Source: Patescibacteria group bacterium (GTDB lineage: Bacteria; Patescibacteriota; Minisyncoccia; JAHIHE01; JAGLIN01). Taken from it: a DNA stretch of 58,247 nucleotides. This document shows positions 9,211-15,742 of the stretch, piece by piece (position 1 is the stretch's first letter; every line of letters starts with the position of its first letter). Below the pieces are notes generated by a model, which was not told the DNA's origin, made no database searches, and worked only from the letters and a program-made list of their open reading frames with translations. The translations under genes were made by a program, and so were the position numbers. The stretch is from positions 1 through 58,247 of the forward strand of contig JAYEHC010000102.1 in NCBI GenBank assembly GCA_034659355.1. Reading direction: 5' to 3'.

Positions 9211-9413
9211 GTCATTCTGAACTTGTTTCAGAATCTACTCTCTTTTACATTTAACCGAATCCATAAATCACTAAACCTCTGAATAAGTTGAAAATGCAAT
9301 AATTGTGTTATTATAGAGAGGTAATTGTATTTGTGTCGCAGACGAAAGCGCAGTGAAAATAGGATAAGTCAAAATGTAATATAACGAAGATTCTGAAACA
9401 AGTTTAGAATGAC
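9211..9413 (-). repeat. 203-bp MITE-like element, copy A (GTCATTCTGAACTTGTTTCAGAATC terminal hairpins)
   Basis: Terminal inverted repeats lie at 9211-9235 and 9389-9413. Its reverse complement aligns by eye across most of its length with 33456-33633. A partial duplicate terminus lies at 9191-9205. Confidence 0.8.
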
Positions 9414-9477
9414 AAATTATTTGCAAGATAAGATGAAAGATATACAATTTTGTAAAAAGAATCCAATCAAGCATTTT

Positions 9478-9570
9478 TGTCGCCCCGTCGCAGTCTCCCG
9501 ATAGGGGACTGCGATGAGAAAACGCGTAATCCGCTGCAGTCCTATATTGAGAGACTGCAGCGAGGCGGAA
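9478..9570 (+). repeat. 93-nt double-hairpin element, copy 1
   Basis: TGTCGCCCCGTCGCAGTCTCCCGATAGGGGACTGCGATGAGAAAACGCGTAATCCGCTGCAGTCC..GAGACTGCAGCGAGGCGGAA. It recurs at 29408-29500 (inverted) and 47088-47180. Confidence 0.85.
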
Positions 9571-9596
9571 TTATGTTTGCATTTTAATAAAATAGT

Positions 9597-9653
9597 TTAA
9601 TGATTTATAGGTTTGATTGATGCAAAAGAGAGAAGATTCTGATACAAGAATGA
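9597..9653 (+). repeat. partial copy (one terminus) of the 203-bp MITE-like element
   Basis: TTTAATGATTTATAGGTTTGATTGATG...GATTCTGATACAAGAATGAC aligns with the right end of 33456-33633. Confidence 0.6.
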
Positions 9654-9676
9654 CAAATTATTTCTAACTCTACATT

Positions 9677-11008
9677 ATGCCAAGAATAAAAAAACAAACA
9701 AACAAGACGCCAAAACGCGCAAGAAAAAAAATGACTCCTTTGCAAGCAGTCAAGGGAATGAGAGAAATACTTCCTCAAGAGTGGTTTGTTTGGAATCATA
9801 TTTTAGACGCAAGCGAAAAATTGTGCCGCGATTTCGGGTTTGGAAAAATTGAAGTTCCAATTTTAGAGTACACGGAATTATACGAGAGAGGAGTGGGGCA
9901 AATTACGGATATAGTTGAAAAAGAAATGTATTCGTTTAAAACACAGGGAGGAGCTGCAGTGTCGCTAAGACCGGAAGGAACCGCCGGTATTGCAAGAGCG
10001 TATATTGAAAATGGAATGAGCAAATGGTCACAGCCGGTAAAGTTGTATTATACCGGTCCAATGTTTCGTTACGAAAAACCGCAAGCAGGAAGATATAGGG
10101 AGCATCATCAATTTGGATTTGAAGTTTTTGGCAGCGAGTATCCGGTAATTGACGCACAGATTATCCATTTAGCGTGGAAGATATTTCAAAAAATCGGAAT
10201 TAAAGATATCACTATTCAAATTAATAGCATTGGATGCGAAGAATGCAGAAGTAGTTATAAAAAATTGTTAGTTGATTATTACGAAATGAAAATGAATAAA
10301 CTTTGCGCTGATTGCAAAAAAAGACTGGCAAGAAATTCAATGCGTCTTCTTGATTGCAAAGAGGATAAATGTATGCAAGTTTCTTCATCGGCTCCGCAAA
10401 TAATTGATTATCTTTGCGAGGATTGCCATGATCATTTCAAAAATGTTTTGGAATTTTTGGATGAGCTTGAAATTCCTTATGTCTTGAACCCAAATCTTGT
10501 TCGCGGACTGGATTATTATACAAGAACAGTTTTTGAAATCTGGCCAAATAGTGAAAAGTCGGAATCAAGACAGTCTTCTTTCGGAGGAGGAGGAAGATAT
10601 GATAATTTAGTAAGATCTCTTGGCGGCGAAGATACTCCGGCAATTGGATTTTCCTTTGGAATTGAAAGAGTGGCGGAGGAAATTTTGAAAGACGGATTCA
10701 GTCCGAAAATAAAAGCGACGAAAAAAGTTTTTCTTATTCAGCTTGGAAATACAGCAAAGAAAAAAGCGCTAAAACTTTTTAACAAATTGATAGATAGCAA
10801 CATCTCAACCGGCGAGTCTATTGGACGCGGAAGTATAAAATCACAGCTAAAAATGGCGAATAAAACGAATTCAAAACTAGCTTTGATTATCGGACAAAAA
10901 GAGGCGATAGACGACACTGTGATTATTAGAGATATGAAAAGCGGAATACAAGAAATCGTGGTAATGGAAGAAGTGATTGCGGAAATAAAAAGAAGACTAA
11001 AAAAATAG
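9677..11008 (+). CDS. hisS: histidine--tRNA ligase
   Basis: AVKGMREILP, RPEGTAGIARAY, RYREHHQFGFEVFG and GGGRYDNL class II motifs. The start could instead be ATG 9731, which would drop an 18-aa Lys/Arg-rich leader. Confidence 0.9.
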   Translation: MPRIKKQTNKTPKRARKKMTPLQAVKGMREILPQEWFVWNHILDASEKLCRDFGFGKIEVPILEYTELYERGVGQITDIVEKEMYSFKTQGGAAVSLRPEGTAGIARAYIENGMSKWSQPVKLYYTGPMFRYEKPQAGRYREHHQFGFEVFGSEYPVIDAQIIHLAWKIFQKIGIKDITIQINSIGCEECRSSYKKLLVDYYEMKMNKLCADCKKRLARNSMRLLDCKEDKCMQVSSSAPQIIDYLCEDCHDHFKNVLEFLDELEIPYVLNPNLVRGLDYYTRTVFEIWPNSEKSESRQSSFGGGGRYDNLVRSLGGEDTPAIGFSFGIERVAEEILKDGFSPKIKATKKVFLIQLGNTAKKKALKLFNKLIDSNISTGESIGRGSIKSQLKMANKTNSKLALIIGQKEAIDDTVIIRDMKSGIQEIVVMEEVIAEIKRRLKK

Positions 11009-11013
11009 ACTCT

Positions 11014-11952
11014 TTATTTTTTTAAAAATGCGACTGTTAAATCTTCCGCCTTTTTGTAATTCTCAACCCATTTGGTTCTATTGTCTTTTCGAAACCAGGT
11101 CATCTGTCTTCTGGCGTATTGGTGAGTGCGAAATTTTACTTTTTGAATTGCCTCTTCTAGGACAATTTTATTTTCAAGATATAAACCGATTTCTCGATAA
11201 CCAATTCCGCTCATTGCGGGTAAATTAAAAGAGTATTTTTTAATTAAATTTTTTGCTTCTTTAATCAAACCCATTGCAATCATTTTGTCCACTCGTTGGT
11301 CAATTTTTTTGTATAATTTTTCTCTATCCATTTTTACACCGATTTGTAAAATATCAAATAATGGCGCTCCTTTAATTTGCTGGGCAGAAAATAGTTTGCC
11401 AGTGATTTCATAAACCTCCAAAGCTCTGATTAACTTTCTTTTATTATTCAGTCCAATAATTTCCGCTGATTTCGGATCTATTTTTTTAAGTTTAACAAAA
11501 AGTTTTTTAGCATTTAATTTGTCTAACCTTTTTCTAATTTTATCATCTGGCGACGCTTTGGGAATTTTTAAATTGTCGACAACTGAATTTATGTAAAGTC
11601 CTGTCCCACCGACTAAAAAAGGAACTTTGTTTTGTTTTTGAATCTCTCCGATTTTTTCAACAGCCAGTTTTTTATATTCCGCTACCGAGAAATCTTCGTT
11701 AGGATGAGCAAAATGAAATAAATAATGAGGAATGTTGTTTATTGGAATTGAATCGTGAATCGTGAATTGTAAATTGTGAATTTTTGAAAATGGTGATCCT
11801 GTTCCAATTGTCATATTTTTATAAATCTGCCTTGAATCGGCGTTGATAATTTCACCGTTAAATTTTTCCGCCAATTTCAAAGCCAGCTCCGTTTTTCCGG
11901 AGGCGGTCGGTCCGAGAATGACGACAAGTTTTGGTTTTTGATTGCTTGACAT
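11014..11952 (-). CDS. miaA: tRNA dimethylallyltransferase
   Basis: P-loop ILGPTASGKT, IINADSRQIYK, GGTGLYI. Contains a heptamer-repeat-derived segment KIHNLQFTIHDS. Confidence 0.9.
   Translation of the reverse strand: MSSNQKPKLVVILGPTASGKTELALKLAEKFNGEIINADSRQIYKNMTIGTGSPFSKIHNLQFTIHDSIPINNIPHYLFHFAHPNEDFSVAEYKKLAVEKIGEIQKQNKVPFLVGGTGLYINSVVDNLKIPKASPDDKIRKRLDKLNAKKLFVKLKKIDPKSAEIIGLNNKRKLIRALEVYEITGKLFSAQQIKGAPLFDILQIGVKMDREKLYKKIDQRVDKMIAMGLIKEAKNLIKKYSFNLPAMSGIGYREIGLYLENKIVLEEAIQKVKFRTHQYARRQMTWFRKDNRTKWVENYKKAEDLTVAFLKK
11746..11783. repeat. degenerate 7-bp tandem tract (GTGAATT/GTGAATC/GTAAATT units) inside miaA
   Basis: GAATTGAATCGTGAATCGTGAATTGTAAATTGTGAATT. Same heptamer family as 13161-13195, 45283-45307, 45704-45732 and 58086-58116. 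Confidence 0.7.
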
Positions 11953-11998
11953 ATTTTTTAGAAAAGATATTATTAAAATATAAGGAGGATGATAAATA

Positions 11999-12310
11999 AT
12001 GGTTATTCCTATAGGTATTGCCGAATCGCGGAGAAAAATGAAGCTTAAGTACGGAGAAGGAGAATGGCAAATTTTAGTTGAGAGAATGATAAAAAATTCT
12101 CCAGATGGGTTGAGCTATGATAACCTAACAAGAGGTTTGATAGAACATGAAAAGAAGGAGGGATATATTGATCCAAAGCTAGTTGACAAAATACATAAAT
12201 CGGTTATTACGATAACAAAAAGTAGGAGTTTTAAAAAACGGTTTTGCGGAGAAAGAATGAAAGGAGATAGCACGATGACATACAAGGTAAAAAAAGGAGG
12301 AGGTGCTTGA
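11999..12310 (+). CDS. hypothetical protein (103 aa)
   Basis: ORF with GGAGGA 7 nt upstream of its ATG. No recognisable motif. First gene of an opposite-strand trio between miaA and miaB. Confidence 0.45.
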   Translation: MVIPIGIAESRRKMKLKYGEGEWQILVERMIKNSPDGLSYDNLTRGLIEHEKKEGYIDPKLVDKIHKSVITITKSRSFKKRFCGERMKGDSTMTYKVKKGGGA

Positions 12311-12311
12311 A

Positions 12312-12767
12312 ATGACATATTGTCTGATAGAAGAAGGAAAGATGGGTGTAGTACATACGCATAGGGTAATAATTGAAGCTATTTTTAAGGTAAGCGAGGG
12401 CAATAAAGAAGAAAAGATAAATGAGATTAGGAAATTTATTAAAGAAAAGATAGGAGAATGGAAAAAAGTAAGCTTGGAATTTCTTAAACTAACTCTAAAT
12501 CCGCCTGAGTCGGGAAATGTTATTGAAGCTAAAGTGATTGTTTATACCTCTGAGCCGGTTTATTATTTGCCAAGGATTATTCCCATTCTAATTCGCTCCC
12601 CGGAAGTAGTAGAAAGAGAGATATATTTATATTTATCTTTTCTGGACCAGGAAATAAAAAAAGGGTTGCCGGGGGGATTTGAGATTAAAATAAAAAGGGA
12701 AAATGTAAAAGCGGAGCAGATTCTGTTTCCAGAAAAAGAGAGCAAAAAATATGTTATTCGGTTTTAA
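12312..12767 (+). CDS. hypothetical protein (about 151 aa)
   Basis: ATG 12312 is preceded by AAGGAGGAGGTG and overlaps the stop of the upstream ORF (the track uses GTG 12303). No recognisable motif. Confidence 0.45.
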   Translation: MTYCLIEEGKMGVVHTHRVIIEAIFKVSEGNKEEKINEIRKFIKEKIGEWKKVSLEFLKLTLNPPESGNVIEAKVIVYTSEPVYYLPRIIPILIRSPEVVEREIYLYLSFLDQEIKKGLPGGFEIKIKRENVKAEQILFPEKESKKYVIRF

Positions 12768-12842
12768 ATATAATTGAATAACTTTTTTTATTTGACAAAG
12801 TTTTTGGAGATGGTAAGGTAAAGAAAAAAGTAGGTAGATAAA

Positions 12843-13091
12843 ATGAAAAAAATAGACGGAATTGCTTACGGGAGAATAAACAAATTCTTGCGTAGCGATG
12901 GCAGAAGAGGCAAAGAGTTCACCATTCAAAAAATAGTCAAGGACACTGGTTTTTCTTCCCAAAGAGTTAGACTAACCATAGAGGCAATTTTAAAGAATGA
13001 AAAACTTTTTGCGGGAGGACCATCAGTGGTTAAAGGAGAAAGGGGGTATCGGTGTCGAACTAAATACCTTGATGATTTTCGAATTATTTAA
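12843..13091 (+). CDS. hypothetical small basic protein, possibly winged-helix DNA-binding
   Basis: 82 aa. The segment FTIQKIVKDTGFSSQRVRLTIEAIL looks like an HTH. Its 3' end overlaps the convergent miaB stop by 8 nt. Confidence 0.4.
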   Translation: MKKIDGIAYGRINKFLRSDGRRGKEFTIQKIVKDTGFSSQRVRLTIEAILKNEKLFAGGPSVVKGERGYRCRTKYLDDFRII

Positions 13092-14583
13092 CCATTTCTC
13101 CCTCCAACCCCCAAGCCCCCGCTTGGGTTATTTTTATGTTCAGAAATTTCCCAACGATGTCAGAATTGTGGGTTGCGAATTGCGAATCGTGAATTTTTAC
13201 ATTCTTAAAACTTCTAGTTTTTCCAGAAATTATTCTTGATTCTTGATTCTTGATTCTTGATTCGCTAACTAACACTTTTACAATTTTTCCAACATATTTC
13301 TCATTATTCTCCAAAGCTGTTTCCTCTAAAATCTCTGTTAGAATTTTCTCGCGGCGTTTTTTTTCTTGCCAGCTGACACTGTCATTTAACTTTGCCGCCG
13401 CGGTTCCCGGACGCGGAGAATATTTATTAAGATAAGCCATATCAAATCCCGCTTTTTTCATAATTTCCACTGTATTTAAAAACTGTTTTTCCGTTTCGCC
13501 CGGAAAGCCAATAATAATATCAGTAGAAATAGCAGCGTCGGGAAGATATTTTCTGATCATTTTTACTAACTCTAAGAAATGCCGAGAAGTATATTTGCGG
13601 TTCATTTTTTTCAAAATCTCGTCATCGCCTGACTGCAAAGCAAGATGAATATATGGCGTTACTTTCTCGCATTCGGCAATAATTTTAATCAGCTTTTCCG
13701 ACATATCTTTCGGATGGCTGGTCAGAAATCTAATCCAGAAATCTCCGGGAATAGCGTTGAGTAGTTTTAGAAGTTTTGGAAAATTGTTTATTTCTGCCAT
13801 TTTTGCGTTTCCTGTCATTCCCGTATTCCCTGTCATTCCCGCGCAGGCGGGAATCCACTTAGTCGGATTGGATATTTTATAAGGATTAGTGTATATAGAA
13901 TTATCAGATGTAGCAGTGGATTCTTGCCTTCGCAGGAATGACAAAATACACTTTTGATTTTCAACTTTCCCTTTATACGAATTCACATTTTGTCCCAATA
14001 AAATAATTTCTTTATAGCCCTGTTTAACTAAATCTTCAATCTCGCTTAAAATTTCTTCCGCCGGTCTTGAATATTCCCGCCCTCTGGTATATGGCACAAC
14101 GCAGTAAGAACAAAAATTATCACACCCGGTCATAATCGGCACATAGGCGGAGATTTTGCTTTGGCGGAGAGGTTTGATTCGAAAGTAAGAAATCTCCCTA
14201 GCCCTCTCTTTTAAAGGGGGAATAATAATATCTCCCCCTTTATCAAAAGGGGGTAGGGGAGATTTTATCATCTGTTCTATCTCCTCAATCCTAACAACCA
14301 AATCAAACATTTTCTCAAATTTCTTTTTATCGCTTTCCAAAACACAGCCTGTCAAAATAATTTTTAGGTTAGGATTTATTTTTCTGAGTTTCTTATATTT
14401 TTTAAATCTTCCCGAAATTCTGTTTAGCGCCGATTGCCTGACGGAACAAGCATTGATTATTATCAAATCAGCATTATCTTCCGACAATGTTTTTTGATAT
14501 CCCGCCGTTTCTAAAACTGCCGCGATTCTTTCCGAATCAGAATAATTCATTTGACAACCATAAATTTTAATAAAGTATTTCAT
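13084..14583 (-). CDS. miaB: tRNA-i6A37 methylthiotransferase (radical SAM) carrying several repeat-derived in-frame insertions
   Basis: UPF0004 start KIYGCQMNYSDSE, radical-SAM CDNFCSYCVVPYTRG, LLGQNVNSY, TSHP, C-terminal TRAM-like end. Atypical inserted peptides are SPLPPFDKGGDIIIPPLKERAREI, SFLRRQES..IPACAGMTGNTGMTGN, SRIKNQESRII and IHDSQFATHNS. Confidence 0.88.
   Translation of the reverse strand: MKYFIKIYGCQMNYSDSERIAAVLETAGYQKTLSEDNADLIIINACSVRQSALNRISGRFKKYKKLRKINPNLKIILTGCVLESDKKKFEKMFDLVVRIEEIEQMIKSPLPPFDKGGDIIIPPLKERAREISYFRIKPLRQSKISAYVPIMTGCDNFCSYCVVPYTRGREYSRPAEEILSEIEDLVKQGYKEIILLGQNVNSYKGKVENQKCILSFLRRQESTATSDNSIYTNPYKISNPTKWIPACAGMTGNTGMTGNAKMAEINNFPKLLKLLNAIPGDFWIRFLTSHPKDMSEKLIKIIAECEKVTPYIHLALQSGDDEILKKMNRKYTSRHFLELVKMIRKYLPDAAISTDIIIGFPGETEKQFLNTVEIMKKAGFDMAYLNKYSPRPGTAAAKLNDSVSWQEKKRREKILTEILEETALENNEKYVGKIVKVLVSESRIKNQESRIISGKTRSFKNVKIHDSQFATHNSDIVGKFLNIKITQAGAWGLEGEMVK
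13161..13195. repeat. degenerate heptamer tract inside miaB 3' region
   Basis: CAGAATTGTGGGTTGCGAATTGCGAATCGTGAATT, translated on the minus strand as IHDSQFATHNS. Confidence 0.65.
13232..13263. repeat. perfect 7-bp tandem repeat ATTCTTG x4.5 inside miaB
   Basis: ATTCTTGATTCTTGATTCTTGATTCTTGATTC, translated on the minus strand as ESRIKNQESRI. Confidence 0.9.
13832..13942. repeat. 111-bp GTCATTCC..GGAATGAC palindromic (MITE-like) element inserted in frame in miaB
   Basis: Termini GTCATTCCCGCGCAGGCGGGAATCCA and TGGATTCTTGCCTTCGCAGGAATGAC are inverted repeats, and each is itself a hairpin. Length is 37 codons. A partial duplicate terminus lies at 13811-13828. Confidence 0.8.
14192..14263. repeat. 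72-bp inverted pair of CCCCC..GGGGG hairpin units inserted in frame in miaB
   Basis: ATCTCCCTAGCCCTCTCTTTTAAAGGGGG ... CCCCCTTTATCAAAAGGGGGTAGGGGAGAT. Length is 24 codons. A solitary related unit lies at 22185-22206. Confidence 0.7.
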
Positions 14584-14712
14584 AAAAACACCATAACAAA
14601 AAAAAACGATTCAATCAAGGAATACTAAATCGCAAACTGGACAATTGATTTTAAAATCTTTATACTGGATACTATGAAGCAGTTTGATAATTAAGTTTTT
14701 ATTCATAAAACA

Positions 14713-15504
14713 ATGAAAATGAAAATTGGAATAGCGTTTAACCAACAGACAAAACCAAAAACAAAGCAACCAGCCCAAAAAATCGCTAAGTGGCTTAAGG
14801 ATAATGATTGTAAAATTTATTTTAATCCAACCAAGAAAATTTTGAAAAACGGATTGGATTTTGTTATTGTTCTTGGGGGAGACGGTTTGATTCTTCATCT
14901 GGCAGACCAAGTTGCCGATTTCGCAATTCCTTTAATAGGAATTAATTTTGGTCGCAGTGGATATTTATGTGATGTAGAATATAACAAGGTTTTTAAAAAA
15001 CTGGAAAAAATTCTCAAGGAAAATTTCAAAGTTAGGAAAGCAACCAGAATACAGGCAGAAATTTTTCGTAAAGATAAAAAAGTAAAGATAATCAGTGGAC
15101 TGAATGAAATCTTGATTGGCGGTATCAATAGAACGGTTTTTCTGGAAATTAAAACAAGAGACGAGAAAGAAGAATTTAAAGCGGAGGTTATTGGCGATGG
15201 GATTATAATTTCAACCCAAATTGGTTCTACTGCCTACAATCTAAATGCTGGCGGAGCAATGCTTCTGCTAGACGCATTTAGTGTTGTCGCAAGCAATGGT
15301 TTGTTTAAATCTAATTTTCTGTTGTCAAACACAAAATCATTTATAACTTCCGCAAAAGCGATTTTTGAAACGCAGATTTTAAATTTACACAAGCAAAATT
15401 TACTATATCTCACAGCAGATGGACAGAGAAGTTATAAACTGGAAAGTAATGATTTTATTATAATCAAGAAAGCAAAAGAAAAAACCCTTTTTGTGAAGCT
15501 TTGA
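14713..15504 (+). CDS. nadK: NAD kinase
   Basis: VIVLGGDGLILH diacylglycerol-kinase-like motif, NEILI, GDGIIISTQIGSTAYNLNAGG. Confidence 0.88.
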   Translation: MKMKIGIAFNQQTKPKTKQPAQKIAKWLKDNDCKIYFNPTKKILKNGLDFVIVLGGDGLILHLADQVADFAIPLIGINFGRSGYLCDVEYNKVFKKLEKILKENFKVRKATRIQAEIFRKDKKVKIISGLNEILIGGINRTVFLEIKTRDEKEEFKAEVIGDGIIISTQIGSTAYNLNAGGAMLLLDAFSVVASNGLFKSNFLLSNTKSFITSAKAIFETQILNLHKQNLLYLTADGQRSYKLESNDFIIIKKAKEKTLFVKL

Positions 15505-15742
15505 ATCTTAAATAGCGCAATTTATAGATGTGATATTTATGAATTAGATTGACATTTTTTATTATTATGCTAAATTATAATTATATTTAAGACAGATGAA
15601 AAAAAATTCTCTAAAATTAAATAACATTTACACAAGCCGAATTATTGGTTGTGTTGTGATGTATGTTTGGACAAAGCCTGTTAGATAGGTAATTGTTTTT
15701 TGTTGGATATAAAAAACAAAGCGCTGTTTAGCAGGTTTTTGA

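Noticed and set aside
9271-9474. ORFs 9271..9474(-), 9605..9799(-), 29513..29737(+), 33149..33418(-), 46613..46960(-) and 56503..56736(-) might be small proteins.
   Set aside because: They are translations of the repeat elements or of intergenic low-complexity sequence. For example, ICHSKLVSES comes from the GTCATTCTGAAC hairpin. None has a credible start context.
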